Assembly (NCBI GenBank): GCA_963753435.1
Contig: CAVWCF010000001.1
Span: forward strand, 448,001 to 512,000
DNA from: an uncultured Actinomycetota bacterium
Lineage (GTDB): Bacteria > Actinomycetota > Actinomycetes > CAVWCF01
Length of the DNA stretch: 64,000 bases
Direction of reading: 5' to 3'
Below, piece after piece: positions 1 through 10,491 of this stretch. The position numbers were made by a program, and so were the translations under genes. Position 1 is the stretch's first letter. Every line of letters starts with the position of its first letter. The notes below the pieces were generated by a model. It did no database searches. It worked only from the letters and a program-made list of their open reading frames with translations, and was not told the DNA's origin.

Positions 1-753
1 GACCAGTTTCTCCAACAGGCCGCGCAGTACGAAGAACAGCGCTCGCAGTCCCAGCAGGGCGAACGCGTTGGCGGCGAAGACCAGGAACGGTTCCTGGGTT
101 ACCCCGAACGTGGCCGGGATTGAGTCCAAGGCGAAGAGCAAGTCAGTCGTGCCGATGGCCACCAGGACCAGCAGCATCGGCGTCGCCAGGCGGGCCCCGT
201 CGCGGACCACGGTGAGCTTGTTGCCGTGGTACTCCTCAGTGACGCTGAAGCGCTTGCGGGCCGCCCGCATGATCGCGTTCTCCTCCACATCCGCGTCTTC
301 GTCGCGGTGCTTGAAGATGCTCCAGCCGGTCCAGATCAGGAACGCGCCGAAGATGACGAAGGTGAACGAGAAGTACTCCAGCGCAGCGGCGCCGACTGCG
401 ATGAAACCGGCCCGCATGACCAAGGCCAGGGCGACCCCGATCAACAGGGCACGTTGCTGCAGTTCGGACGGAACGGCGAACTTGGCGAAGATGATCAGGA
501 AGATGAACAGGTTGTCGACCGACAGGCTCTTCTCGACCAGCCACGCGGCGAAGTACTGCTGACCGAAGTCGGATCCCGCCGAGGCCCAAACCCAAACACC
601 AAAGGCGATCGCCACCGCGATGTAGAAAACCGACCATAGGACCGCCTCCCGCATCGAGACGTCATGCGGGTTGCGCCCCACCACGAAGTCGATGGCGAGT
701 AGAGCCACGATCAGTCCGATCGTGGCAAACCAGATGGTGAGGGTGACGTCCAC
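1..753 (-). CDS. terC: TerC/Alx family membrane protein (3' end runs off the window)
   Basis: Not in the ORF track. Manual translation from GTG 753: MDVTLTIWFATIGLIVALLAIDF...WLVEKSLSVDNLFIF...TDLLFALDSIPA...NAFALLGLRALFF, carrying TerC signature motifs; open to position 1. Confidence 0.9.
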   Translation of the reverse strand, partial: MDVTLTIWFATIGLIVALLAIDFVVGRNPHDVSMREAVLWSVFYIAVAIAFGVWVWASAGSDFGQQYFAAWLVEKSLSVDNLFIFLIIFAKFAVPSELQQRALLIGVALALVMRAGFIAVGAAALEYFSFTFVIFGAFLIWTGWSIFKHRDEDADVEENAIMRAARKRFSVTEEYHGNKLTVVRDGARLATPMLLVLVAIGTTDLLFALDSIPATFGVTQEPFLVFAANAFALLGLRALFFVLRGLLEKLV

Positions 754-827
754 GGACGGATCTAACACGAGAGGCCCAACTCCTGCCCAACACGCCGTCC
801 CCGGCGCCTGATCCGCCGCGGGCTAGG

Positions 828-1886
828 TCAGTCGGGACGGCGGCGGCTCGGTTGGACGCGCCGCGGCTCCCCCGGCATCTTCGGATAGTCCGGCGGGTAC
901 GGCATATCGGATAGGCCGTGATCGGCCTCGTCCCGCTCGTACCACTGCAGCAGCGGGGTCAGGTCGTGCGCGATGTCGTCAATGCCGGCATGCGGGTCAC
1001 CAACCGCGGCAACCCGCTGCGGCACCGTGCGCACGGTGAAGTCTGCGGGTTCAACGTCCGATAGCTCGGCCCAGGTGACAGGTGCCGACACCGTCGCCTG
1101 GGGTCGGGCCCGCACCGAGTACGCCGCAGCAATCGTGCGGTCGCGGGCGTTCTGGTTGTAGTCGACGAACACGGTCTCGCCGCGCTCCTCCTTCCACCAC
1201 TTCGTCGTAACCCGGCCCGGCATTCGCCGCTCCAACTCCCGGCCGAATGCGATCGCTGCGTGCCTTACCTCGACGAAACCCCAACGCGGCTGGATGCGCA
1301 CGTAGATGTGCACACCGCGGCCGCCGCTGGTTTTGGGAAACCCCGTCCAACCCAGTTCGTCGAGGAGTTCACGGGCCACCATGGCCACGGTGACGGCGTC
1401 AGTGAAGTCGGTGCCGGGCTGGGGGTCGAGGTCGATGCGCAGCTCGTCCGGGTGCTCCACGTCGGCGCGCCGGACCGGCCAAGGATGGAACGTGATCGTC
1501 CCCAGATTGGCCGCCCATGCGATCACCGCCGGCTCCGTTGGGCAGACCTCGTCGGCGGTGCGGCCAGAGGGAAAGGTGATGTGCGCCGTCTCCACGTAGT
1601 CGGGAGCCCCGGACGGCAGGCGCTTCTGGTAGAAGGCGTCGCCCTTGGTGCCGTCCCGTTGCGCCAGCCGGACCCCCGGCAGCAACCCCTTCGGCCAGCG
1701 TTCCAGGGTTGTTGGGCGTTCGCGGAGGTGCCGCAGCATCACGTCGGCAACCGCCGCGTAGTACGTGACGACGTCGGCCTTGGTCAGACCGGCGTCGGGG
1801 AAGTAGGGACGCTCGGGGTTGCTCACCCGAACGTCGCGGCCGCCCACCTGAATCGCAAGCGGCTCACCGAACTCCTTCGAAGCCAC
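828..1886 (-). CDS. Stand-alone LigD-type primase-polymerase (Prim-PolC/PolD1-like)
   Basis: Motifs RIDLDP, KTSGGRGVHIY, VFVDYNQNARDRT and C-terminal PYPPDYPKMPGEP; start trimmed to GTG 1886, 7 nt after a TACCGT -10-like hexamer. Confidence 0.88.
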   Translation of the reverse strand: MASKEFGEPLAIQVGGRDVRVSNPERPYFPDAGLTKADVVTYYAAVADVMLRHLRERPTTLERWPKGLLPGVRLAQRDGTKGDAFYQKRLPSGAPDYVETAHITFPSGRTADEVCPTEPAVIAWAANLGTITFHPWPVRRADVEHPDELRIDLDPQPGTDFTDAVTVAMVARELLDELGWTGFPKTSGGRGVHIYVRIQPRWGFVEVRHAAIAFGRELERRMPGRVTTKWWKEERGETVFVDYNQNARDRTIAAAYSVRARPQATVSAPVTWAELSDVEPADFTVRTVPQRVAAVGDPHAGIDDIAHDLTPLLQWYERDEADHGLSDMPYPPDYPKMPGEPRRVQPSRRRPD

Positions 1887-1938
1887 GACGGTGACGGTAG
1901 CGGTCGCGTCGGACCGCCCACGCCCGTAGCGTGGCCGC

Positions 1939-2370
1939 ATGTCCGCTCCCAAGAAGTCAGACCAGTCCAACTACGCCGTCCAGCGGTCCGAGGCGGAATG
2001 GCAATCGCTGTTGAGTTCGGGCGAGTACCACGTTTTGCGCGAAGCCGGCACCGAGCCCCCGTTCACCGGGGAGTACACCGACACGACGACAACCGGCGTC
2101 TACCGCTGCCGAGCCTGCTCCGCAGAACTGTTCCGCAGCGATGCCAAGTTCAACAGCCACTGCGGTTGGCCGTCGTTCTACGCGCCCTCAGACAGCGACG
2201 CGGTGGAGTTGATCAAGGACCGAACGCTCGGGATGGTGCGGACCGAGGTGCGCTGCGCCAACTGCGGTTCCCACCTGGGTCACGTATTCGAAGGTGAGGG
2301 CTATCCGACGCCCACGGATCAACGGTGGTGCATCAACTCGATCAGCCTCACGCTGGAACCGAACGAGTAG
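1939..2370 (+). CDS. msrB: Peptide-methionine (R)-S-oxide reductase
   Basis: GTEPPFTG, CRAC, CGWPSF, CANCGSHLGHVF and RWCINS motifs. Confidence 0.97.
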   Translation: MSAPKKSDQSNYAVQRSEAEWQSLLSSGEYHVLREAGTEPPFTGEYTDTTTTGVYRCRACSAELFRSDAKFNSHCGWPSFYAPSDSDAVELIKDRTLGMVRTEVRCANCGSHLGHVFEGEGYPTPTDQRWCINSISLTLEPNE

Positions 2371-2386
2371 CCCTTCCGGCGTGGCC

Positions 2387-3115
2387 CTAAGGCAGTGAGG
2401 CGATCAACTCCGACACCGGCCGCCGAAAGCCCGTGTAGAAGGGCAACTCCTCGCGGACGTGGCGACGAGCCGTCGATGCGCGCAGATGCCGCATGAGGTC
2501 GACGATGCGGTGCAATTCGTCTGCTTCGAAGGCAAGGATCCACTCGTAGTCGTTCAAGGCGAACGAAGCGACGGTGTTGGCCCGCACGTCCGGAAAGTCC
2601 CGACCCATCTGCCCGTGTTCAACGAGCATCGCTCGCCGCTCTTCATCAGGTAGCAGATACCACTCGTAGGAACGAACGAACGGGTAGACGCAAACCCAAC
2701 CGCGGGGCTGCTCGTCGGCGAGGAACGCCGGAACGTGGCTCTTGTTGAACTCAGCCGGCCGGTGCAGCGCCGCGACACTCCAGACCGGTTCTACGTGGCG
2801 GCCCAACTCGGTTCTGCGCAACCGCGAGTACGCGTCCTGTAGGGCTTCGGCGCTGGCCGCATGCCACCACACCATCAAGTCGGCGTCAGCGCGCATGCCG
2901 GCGAGGTCGTACCAGCCGCGAATCACCACATCCTTGCCCGCCAGCTCGGTGACGAGTTGCTCAACCTCAGCGGCCGCGGCCGCCCGGTCAGCCGGAAGCG
3001 GCGTTGCCGACTTGAAGACCGACCACATCGCGTAGCGAACGACGTTGTTGAGATCGCGAGCCTTCAGGGGTGAGTCGCCCGACTGGGCTTCCGAATCGGT
3101 TCGGGTTTCAGCCAT
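2387..3115 (-). CDS. hemQ: Coproheme decarboxylase (HemQ/ChdC)
   Basis: [30 protein letters not shown] and FALNDYEW motifs; overlaps the hemG stop. Confidence 0.95.
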   Translation of the reverse strand: MAETRTDSEAQSGDSPLKARDLNNVVRYAMWSVFKSATPLPADRAAAAAEVEQLVTELAGKDVVIRGWYDLAGMRADADLMVWWHAASAEALQDAYSRLRRTELGRHVEPVWSVAALHRPAEFNKSHVPAFLADEQPRGWVCVYPFVRSYEWYLLPDEERRAMLVEHGQMGRDFPDVRANTVASFALNDYEWILAFEADELHRIVDLMRHLRASTARRHVREELPFYTGFRRPVSELIASLP

Positions 3116-4517
3116 GGTCCCATTCTGCCTGCACGCCGTCGGCGCGCAGGTTGGCCGCTACCGCTTCGGCGGCGGCCTGGGCCGATGCGATGCAGGCAGG
3201 GATCCCCACGCCATCCAGTGCCGCGCCTGCCAGGCCGATGGTGGGGAACGCCGAGAGCGCCCGCCGAATGCGGCGCACCCGGCCCACGTGGCCCACTTCG
3301 TACTGCGGTAGCCCGCCGCCCCAGCGGCTCACCCTGGTCGCACGCGGTCGACCGCGCACCCCGATCGCCCGCCGCAGGTCAGCCCACGCGCGCTCGGCAA
3401 GGTCATCGTCGTCCAATTGCAGGTCCGCGGTCTCGCCGTAGCGACCAACCGATGTGCGCAACACCTTTCGCGAGCCTGCCGCCATCCCGACGGAGTCCCA
3501 CTTCTGCGACGAAAACGTGGCTGCCTTGATGAACCGGCCGGTTATCGGCGGCACCAGGAAGCCGGTACCGGCCACCTCCGGGACGGCATCGCCATCGACC
3601 ACGAAGGTGACAACCGCCACCGAGGCGTAGTCGATGGTCGAGAGTTCGGCCGCTGCGAACGGGGCGATCGGTTTGAGCAGGCGGCTGGCCGGTGTGGCCG
3701 GTACCGCGATGATGACGGCGTCAGCCGATTCAACCTGATCACGGCCACGGTGGTCGCGGGTCTGGACCGACCAGCCGTCGGCGGTTCGACTGATCCCCGT
3801 GGCGGTACAGCCCGTGCGCACAGCGGCGCCAGCCTGGGCCAGCACGCGCTCCGGCAGCAGCCCGATGCCGCCCATCACGGTGCCGAATGCCGGTCCCGGG
3901 TGGCGCCGACCCACCCGCTGGACCGCAGCCAACAGGGATCGGCGCTGCCGCGACTCCGCTGCCAACGAGGGCAGGGCCGCTTCGAACGAAAGGCGCGATG
4001 CGTGTCCGGCGTAGACGCCACCGAGCAGCGGTTCGACAAGCTTGTCGACAACCTCCTGGCCAAGTCGCGCGGCCACGAACTCGCCCACAGAAACGTCGTC
4101 GCCGAAGTCCGTTGGCGCAAGCACATGGTCCAGCGGGATCCGCAACAAGCCACGCAGTGACAAGACATCCGCGGCGGCGAGTTCGGCCAGATCCGTCGGA
4201 ACGCCCATGACCTGCCCCCGGGGCAGCCGTCGCAAGCCCGGCTCCAACCACAGCGAGGCGCCCATGACCGCCTGCTCCTCAATGCGGTCCGACCAGCCGA
4301 CGTCGCGCACCAAGGACCGGGCTTCGGGCCGGGCGAGCAAGAACGACTCCGCTCCGGCATCTACGGCGATGCCGTCAACTTCACCGACGAGGAGTTTGCC
4401 GCCGACACGGTCAGCCCCCTCAAGGACGGTGACCCGGCAGTCCGGCAGCGACCGTGACAACTGCCATGCCGCGGCAGCACCGGAGATTCCCGCTCCTACA
4501 ACCACGACGTGGGCCAC
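3108..4517 (-). CDS. hemG: Proto-/coproporphyrinogen oxidase (HemG/HemY/CgoX)
   Basis: N-terminal GAGISG FAD motif, [26 protein letters not shown] and GVGIPACI. Confidence 0.95.
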   Translation of the reverse strand: MAHVVVVGAGISGAAAAWQLSRSLPDCRVTVLEGADRVGGKLLVGEVDGIAVDAGAESFLLARPEARSLVRDVGWSDRIEEQAVMGASLWLEPGLRRLPRGQVMGVPTDLAELAAADVLSLRGLLRIPLDHVLAPTDFGDDVSVGEFVAARLGQEVVDKLVEPLLGGVYAGHASRLSFEAALPSLAAESRQRRSLLAAVQRVGRRHPGPAFGTVMGGIGLLPERVLAQAGAAVRTGCTATGISRTADGWSVQTRDHRGRDQVESADAVIIAVPATPASRLLKPIAPFAAAELSTIDYASVAVVTFVVDGDAVPEVAGTGFLVPPITGRFIKAATFSSQKWDSVGMAAGSRKVLRTSVGRYGETADLQLDDDDLAERAWADLRRAIGVRGRPRATRVSRWGGGLPQYEVGHVGRVRRIRRALSAFPTIGLAGAALDGVGIPACIASAQAAAEAVAANLRADGVQAEWDHG

Positions 4518-4591
4518 GGCTCCACTTTGGCAGATCGGGAACCCCCGGCCGCAAGTCGGCGTCCCACCGGCAATCGAGAGGGGTGGGCCTC

Positions 4592-5485
4592 ATGATCGGT
4601 CGAATCGCAATCCCCGCAGTGCTGGCAGCGGCGCTGCTTACCGCTTGCAGCGCCGGGCAGGACACTTCGGCGCAACTCGAACAGTCGGGAGTCCCGGGCC
4701 CAGGTGTCGATGCGAGTGGGACCGACACCGCCGAAGCCGCGCCCGATTCGGGCGAGCCGGGCGCATCATCGGTAGTTGCCGCGGATGCGGCTGATCGGAG
4801 CATCGTCAGGACCGCATCGGTCACGGTCGAAGTGGTTGAAGTCGGCCCTTCGGCTGCTCGCGTGCGGGCCATCGCGTCGAGTTTGGGCGGCGTAGTCGCC
4901 CAAGAGGACACGGCGCTGTCGGATGCAGCCGAACCTCGATCATGGCTGTTGGTTCGGGTTCCCAGCGACTCCCTGGACGCCGCCTTGGCCAGGTTGTCCG
5001 AACTGGGTGATGTGGTTCAACAGGGCGGTTCCAGCGACGACGTCACCGGTCAGGTTGTCGACCTGCAGGCGCGCATCGAGTCGCAGCAAGCCAGCGTGGA
5101 ACGCGTACGAGCGCTGCTGACCGAAGCCGAATCCCTCGGCGACGTGGTGACCATCGAGGCGGAGTTGACGCGGCGACAGGCGGACCTGGAGTCGCTGCAG
5201 GCTCAGGCCGTGTTGCTGGCGGACCAGGTGGCGCTGGCGACCGTGAGCGTCACGTTGACCGAGCCCGGAGCGTCAACCGGCGGGTTCACCGATGGGCTGC
5301 GAGCCGGATGGGACGCGTTCGCGGACTCCGCGCGAACTCTCGCAACCGGGTTCGGCGCAGCACTGCCCTTCCTGGCAGCGTTGGCCGTGATCACGTTGCC
5401 GATAGCCGTCCTGCTGCGCGGCCGGCGCCAGGATGGCAAGCAGGAGCGCCCTGAACCCGCGGAGCAGGTCAGCGTCGGGTCGTGA
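4592..5485 (+). CDS. DUF4349 family lipoprotein
   Basis: Lipobox [29 protein letters not shown] coiled coil and C-terminal TM helix; start trimmed to ATG 4592. Confidence 0.85.
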   Translation: MIGRIAIPAVLAAALLTACSAGQDTSAQLEQSGVPGPGVDASGTDTAEAAPDSGEPGASSVVAADAADRSIVRTASVTVEVVEVGPSAARVRAIASSLGGVVAQEDTALSDAAEPRSWLLVRVPSDSLDAALARLSELGDVVQQGGSSDDVTGQVVDLQARIESQQASVERVRALLTEAESLGDVVTIEAELTRRQADLESLQAQAVLLADQVALATVSVTLTEPGASTGGFTDGLRAGWDAFADSARTLATGFGAALPFLAALAVITLPIAVLLRGRRQDGKQERPEPAEQVSVGS

Positions 5486-6485
5486 CGTGTACGTGCTCGA
5501 CCACGCGCGTCAACTGATCCGGGTCGGTGTCAGGCAGAACCCCGTGACCCAAGTTGAAGATGTGGCCGGGTAGCCCACGCGCTTCGGCGAGGACGTCATC
5601 CACTGCCTGCTTCAGCACCGGCCAGGGCGCGAACAAGAAAGCGGGATCCAGATTGCCCTGCAACGGCATGGCCCGCGGCAGTCGCGCGGCCGCTTCAGAC
5701 AGCGGCACCCGGAAATCGACTCCGAGCACGTCGACCGGATCGGCGGCCATGTCGGCGAGTAGTTCGCCGGTACCGACCCCAAAGTGGATTCGGGCTACGT
5801 CGACGGACTGCAGGGCGGTGATGGTGTGGGGAAGTACGAAGCGCCGATAGTCCCGGGGGCTCAGGGCGCCCGCCCACGAGTCGAACAACTGCACCGCAGC
5901 GGCACCGGCCTCCACCTGGGCGCGCAGGAAACCACCGGAGATCTCCGCCAGCCGTGCCATCAACTCGTGCCAGGCGTCTTCATCGGCGTGCATGAGCGCC
6001 TTGGTGCGCGCGTGGTCGCGCGACGGGCCCCCTTCGATCAAGTACGACGCCACGGTGAACGGCGCGCCCGCAAATCCGATCAGCGGAACCGGCAACGACC
6101 CCGCGAGTTCCCGGACCGCATCGGTGACCGCGGCAACCGCACTCGGTTCCCACGCCGGCAGCCGACGGACGTCGGCGGCGCTACGAACCGGGTCGGCGAC
6201 AACCGGCCCGACCCCGGCGACGATGTCCAGATCCACGCCCAGGGCTCGCAGCGGCAGGACTATGTCGCTGAACAGGATGGCGGCGTCGACGCCATGGCGG
6301 CGCACGGGCTGAGTCGTGATCTCGACGATCAGATCGGTCCGTAGACACGCCTCGAGCATGCCGACGCCCTCGCGAACCCGCCGGTACTCCGGCAGCGAGC
6401 GCCCGGCCTGCCGCATGAACCAAACCGGGGTGTGGTCCACCGGCTTGCCAGCACAGGCGTCAAGGAAAGTCGAGGAGCCGCTCAC
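5469..6485 (-). CDS. hemE: Uroporphyrinogen decarboxylase
   Basis: [28 protein letters not shown] and HIFNLGHG motifs. Confidence 0.97.
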   Translation of the reverse strand: MSGSSTFLDACAGKPVDHTPVWFMRQAGRSLPEYRRVREGVGMLEACLRTDLIVEITTQPVRRHGVDAAILFSDIVLPLRALGVDLDIVAGVGPVVADPVRSAADVRRLPAWEPSAVAAVTDAVRELAGSLPVPLIGFAGAPFTVASYLIEGGPSRDHARTKALMHADEDAWHELMARLAEISGGFLRAQVEAGAAAVQLFDSWAGALSPRDYRRFVLPHTITALQSVDVARIHFGVGTGELLADMAADPVDVLGVDFRVPLSEAAARLPRAMPLQGNLDPAFLFAPWPVLKQAVDDVLAEARGLPGHIFNLGHGVLPDTDPDQLTRVVEHVHVTTRR

Positions 6486-6529
6486 GCGGGGCATCGTCGC
6501 ACGCCGCCACCTCCGACGACTCCGTAGCC

Positions 6530-7153
6530 GTGGCGTTCCCCGCTTCGGTGGCCTCGGCGACTTACGCTGCCGTTGTGCCGATCCCCGAGGACCGCTTGGA
6601 CGCCCCCGAGGCGTTCCGGATGGGCCTGGAGTCCTTGCGTCACGCCCAGATGCGCGCCGAGGTCTCGTTGGAGGAGGCGCCTGCGCCGCAGCGGCTCGCT
6701 CCGTTCAGCGCCGCCCTCACCGCCGATGTCCTGCAGGGCGAGGACGAGCTGGCGACTGGTCGTTTCGTCCTGCTGCACGATCCGGCCGGTCACGACGCCT
6801 GGCAGGGCGAGTTCCGCATCGTCACCTTCGTGCGCGCACCACTGGAACGAGACATGGCCGATGATGCCGCGCTCACCGCGGTCGGCTGGTCCTGGCTGAT
6901 GGAGGCGCTGGACGCGCATGCGGCACCGTTCACCGCCCCCAGCGGAACCGTCACGCGCGTGGTGTCGGAGCATTTCGGCGACCTGGCGGATCGCGCCGGA
7001 ACCTCCGAAGTGGAACTGCGGGCGTCTTGGACCGCGACGGACCCCTACCTGGGTCCACATCTGGAGGCGTGGGGTGACCTGCTCTGCCAGGCCGCCGGGC
7101 TACCGCCACTGCCGGTGGGGGTAAGCGCCATCCCGCGTCCACGCCACCGCTGA
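6530..7153 (+). CDS. DUF3000 family protein
   Basis: [24 protein letters not shown] and ELRASWT; usual position between hemE and rnd. Confidence 0.88.
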   Translation: MAFPASVASATYAAVVPIPEDRLDAPEAFRMGLESLRHAQMRAEVSLEEAPAPQRLAPFSAALTADVLQGEDELATGRFVLLHDPAGHDAWQGEFRIVTFVRAPLERDMADDAALTAVGWSWLMEALDAHAAPFTAPSGTVTRVVSEHFGDLADRAGTSEVELRASWTATDPYLGPHLEAWGDLLCQAAGLPPLPVGVSAIPRPRHR

Positions 7154-7220
7154 ATCCCCCGCCGGCGGTCGCCGGACCGGGTTCATTGCGGCTTCCCCCA
7201 CAGGTGTTCGTCCCGATCAC

Positions 7221-7248
7221 TTCAGCCGTTGCCAACCGCGGCCGATGA
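7221..7248 (+). promoter_or_regulatory. Putative WhiG/FliA (sigma-28)-type promoter
   Basis: TTCA-N16-GCCGATGA about 50 bp upstream of the whiI-like start; consensus is TAAA/CTCA-N15-17-GCCGA(T/A). Confidence 0.6.
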
Positions 7249-7296
7249 GGACACCGAAGGTCCGGAAGAACCCGGACCCCACAGGTGGGAGACCGG

Positions 7297-7893
7297 GTGA
7301 GCGCACTCCTCGATCACCGCTCTGCCCCCGTGACCGGCGTCGGGCTGCGATTTGGCGCGCTCGTTGCGATCACGGACGGGCCGCAGCGGCGTGAGGTTGT
7401 CGATCGATTGGCAACCCTCGGCGGACATCCCGTAGTCGAAGCGGCCTCGGTCGCCGAGGCCCGGGTCCGGGCCCGCGCGTTCGCGCAGCGAGACCTGGTG
7501 GTCGCTGACGTCAAATTGCCGGACGGCTCCGGCGCCGGACTTGTCGCGGAATTGCTCCGCGGCGGCTGGCACCGGGCGATCGCGCTGTCCTCGGAACTGG
7601 ATCCGTTCTCGGTACGCGCCGTCCTCGCCGCTGGCGCCCGCGGTCTAGTGATCCGTCCCGGCCGGGATGATCGGCCGCGCGCAGCCACCGGGAACGTGGC
7701 GGACCTGTCGCACCGCGAACTAGAGGTGCTGCAACTGGTGGCCGGTGGGCACACAAACAAGGACATCGGCGAGCTCTTGGGCCTGTCTGCGCTGACCGTC
7801 AAGAGCCACCTGGCGCGCATCGGTCGCAAGATGGGCACCGGCGACCGCGCTGAACTTGTGATGATTGCGCTGCGCGCCGGCGCCATCGAGTAG
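7297..7893 (+). CDS. whiI: WhiI-like atypical orphan response regulator (LuxR HTH)
   Basis: VSALLD start, EAASVAEAR, ADVKLPDGSG and LSALTVKSHLARIGRKMGTGDRA match recalled Streptomyces WhiI; same DUF3000-X-rnd synteny. Confidence 0.8.
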   Translation: MSALLDHRSAPVTGVGLRFGALVAITDGPQRREVVDRLATLGGHPVVEAASVAEARVRARAFAQRDLVVADVKLPDGSGAGLVAELLRGGWHRAIALSSELDPFSVRAVLAAGARGLVIRPGRDDRPRAATGNVADLSHRELEVLQLVAGGHTNKDIGELLGLSALTVKSHLARIGRKMGTGDRAELVMIALRAGAIE

Positions 7894-7940
7894 CCGCACT
7901 GCCGCCTGCTTGGGGGCCATCGCACCCTTAGGGTCAGGTT

Positions 7941-9251
7941 GTGGCAGATGACCGGGACGACACCGCGGCGTCCCTTGCCGCGAATTCCGTTGCCGCCGAC
8001 CCCGTTGCTGTATCCCCCGTTGCCGCGGAGCCTTTGCCGGAGCCCGAACCGGTACCGGTACTGAACGAACCGGTCGAAGGGGTACCCCCGGTCACCGAAT
8101 CCGCCGACGACCTAGCCCGGGTGGTCACTGCGTTGATGGCCGGAACCGGACCTGTCGCCGTCGACGCCGAACGAGCCAGTGGCTACCGCTACGGCCAACG
8201 GGCGTATCTGATCCAACTACGCCGCGCCGGCGCTGGCACATCCCTCATCGACCCCACCCGCATCCCGGATCTGACACCGCTACGCACCGCCCTGGCCCAG
8301 ATGCCGTGGATCCTGCACGCGGCCAGCCAGGACCTGCCGTGCCTGGATGACATCGGCCTGCAGCCGCCGGATTTGTTCGACACCGAGCTGGCCGGTCGGC
8401 TCCTGGGGCTGCCAAAGGTGGGTCTGGCAGCACTCACCGAGACGCTGCTTGGCGTGGCCTTGGCCAAGGAACACTCCGCGGTCGACTGGTCCACCCGGCC
8501 ACTGCCGCAACCCTGGCTCACCTACGCGGCCCTGGACGTCGAACTGCTCCTGCCGCTGGCCGATGAACTCCGCCGCATGCTGGCGGAGTCCGGAAAGACC
8601 GGTTGGGCCGAGGAGGAGTTCGCCCATCTGGTGGCCAACCCGCGCACGCCTCCGCGTCGGGACCCCTGGCGGCGGACGTCCGGCATTCACACCGTGCGGG
8701 GCCGGCGCGGGCTAGGCATCGTTCGCGAACTCTGGCTCGAGCGGGACCAACTGGCCGCGGAGTTGGACACAGCGCCAGGTCGGGTACTGCCGGACCTGGC
8801 GATCAGCGCGGCCGCCCGGGCAGGCGCGGCCAACTTGGAGGATCTGACCGAACTGGCGGAGTTCCGAAAGCGCGGCGCCAAGCGGCACATCCTCCGCTGG
8901 GCCAAAGCCGCTGCGCGAGCTCACGACCTGCCCGAAGCGGACCTCCCGCCGGTGACCCTCATCGACGGACCACCGCCCCCACGGGCTTGGAAGGACAAGG
9001 CGCCAGAAGCCGGCGCGCGCTTGGATGCCGCCCGCCGGATCGTCAACGACCTTGCTCAGGAACTGAACCTGCCCCAGGAGAACCTGCTCTCTCCTGAGGC
9101 GGTACGCCGCCTCTGCTGGGAACCGCCGCCGGTCCTCGACACCGAGTCGGTATCAGCGCGACTGCGCGAAGCCGGAGCCCGCCAGTGGCAGGTCAACCTG
9201 ACCGCCACCGCCCTTGTCGAGGCGCTCGCGGCGCAGGTTACTCGCCAGTAG
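7941..9251 (+). CDS. rnd: Ribonuclease D (3'-5' exonuclease plus HRDC domain)
   Basis: AVDAERASG, LHAASQDL, FDTELAGRLL, YAALDVELL and PWRRTSG. Confidence 0.93.
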   Translation: MADDRDDTAASLAANSVAADPVAVSPVAAEPLPEPEPVPVLNEPVEGVPPVTESADDLARVVTALMAGTGPVAVDAERASGYRYGQRAYLIQLRRAGAGTSLIDPTRIPDLTPLRTALAQMPWILHAASQDLPCLDDIGLQPPDLFDTELAGRLLGLPKVGLAALTETLLGVALAKEHSAVDWSTRPLPQPWLTYAALDVELLLPLADELRRMLAESGKTGWAEEEFAHLVANPRTPPRRDPWRRTSGIHTVRGRRGLGIVRELWLERDQLAAELDTAPGRVLPDLAISAAARAGAANLEDLTELAEFRKRGAKRHILRWAKAAARAHDLPEADLPPVTLIDGPPPPRAWKDKAPEAGARLDAARRIVNDLAQELNLPQENLLSPEAVRRLCWEPPPVLDTESVSARLREAGARQWQVNLTATALVEALAAQVTRQ

Positions 9252-9288
9252 CATAGGGTCTTCCTCGTCTAGCGAACAGGAGAAGCCC

Positions 9289-10491
9289 GTGGCCCGCACC
9301 CTGCGCGACGTCGTCTTCGTGGATGGCGTGAGGACGCCGTTCGGTAAGGCCGGCGAGAAGAGTCTCTACGCGGAGACCAGAGCCGATGACCTGGTTGTCG
9401 CACTCATCCGAGAACTGCTTCGCCGCAACGCCACCCTCCCCCCGGAACGCGTTGACGAGGTGGCCATCGCAGCGACCACGCAGACAGGCGACCAAGGTCT
9501 CACCATCGGCCGCAGCGCGGCGCTGCTGGCAGGCCTGCCGCGCAGCGTCCCCGGTTTCGCCATTGATCGCATGTGTGCCGGGGCGATGACCGCGGTCACC
9601 ACCACGGCCAGCGGCATCGCCTTCGGCGCCTACGACGTGGCCATCGCCGGCGGGGTGGAGAACATGACCCGACACCCGATGGGTGAAGGGGTGGACCCAA
9701 ACCCCAGGTACGTAGCTGAGAAGTTGGTGGACCCGGCGGCGCTGAACATGGGCATGACCGCTGAGAACCTGCACGACCGCTTCCCCGGAATTACCAAGGA
9801 GCGAGCCGACGCGTTCGGCGTACGCAGCCAGGAACGCTTGGCCAAGGCGTATGCAAACGAGCAGATCCAACCGGACCTGGTGCCGATCGCCACGCGCAGC
9901 ACCAGCAGCGGTTGGGGGCTGGCCACCGCGGACCAGCCGCCGCGCCCGGAGACCACGTTGGCGGGGGTTGCCGACCTCAAGACCCCATTTCGACCGCATG
10001 GCCGCGTGACTGCGGCCAACGCCTCCCCGCTGACCGACGGTGCCACGGCGGCGTTGGTCGCTGCGGAGGAAGTCGCAGCCGAGCTGGGACTCTCCGCCAA
10101 GATGCGACTGGTCGACTACTCGTTCGCGGGCGTCGATCCCGAGACCATGGGGGTTGGGCCGATTCCCGCCACCGAGCGGGTCCTGGCCCGCACCGGCTTG
10201 AACATGGACGACATCGGCCTCATCGAGATCAACGAGGCGTTCGCCGTGCAGGTCATCGCGTTCCTGGAGCACTTCGGCATCGACGACGAGGACTCGCGCG
10301 TCAACCCCTACGGCGGGGCAATTGCAGTCGGTCACCCGTTGGCTTCGTCCGGTGTTCGCCTCATGACCCAGCTCGCGCGCCAGTTCGAGGAACACCCGGA
10401 GGTCCGGTACGGGATGACCACGATGTGTGTCGGTCTCGGCCAGGGCGGAACGGTCGTGTGGGAGAACCCCCGGTTCGGAAAGGACGCCTGA
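9289..10491 (+). CDS. fadA: Acetyl-CoA acyltransferase (thiolase)
   Basis: RTPFGK, DRMCAG, NEAFA, GGAIAVGHP and MCVGLGQG; SD CAGGAG upstream of GTG 9289. Confidence 0.95.
   Translation: MARTLRDVVFVDGVRTPFGKAGEKSLYAETRADDLVVALIRELLRRNATLPPERVDEVAIAATTQTGDQGLTIGRSAALLAGLPRSVPGFAIDRMCAGAMTAVTTTASGIAFGAYDVAIAGGVENMTRHPMGEGVDPNPRYVAEKLVDPAALNMGMTAENLHDRFPGITKERADAFGVRSQERLAKAYANEQIQPDLVPIATRSTSSGWGLATADQPPRPETTLAGVADLKTPFRPHGRVTAANASPLTDGATAALVAAEEVAAELGLSAKMRLVDYSFAGVDPETMGVGPIPATERVLARTGLNMDDIGLIEINEAFAVQVIAFLEHFGIDDEDSRVNPYGGAIAVGHPLASSGVRLMTQLARQFEEHPEVRYGMTTMCVGLGQGGTVVWENPRFGKDA

Noticed and set aside
754-827. yybP-ykoY Mn riboswitch before terC
   Set aside because: Only about 75 bp available, a -10-like hexamer lies just before the start, and no riboswitch motif was recognised
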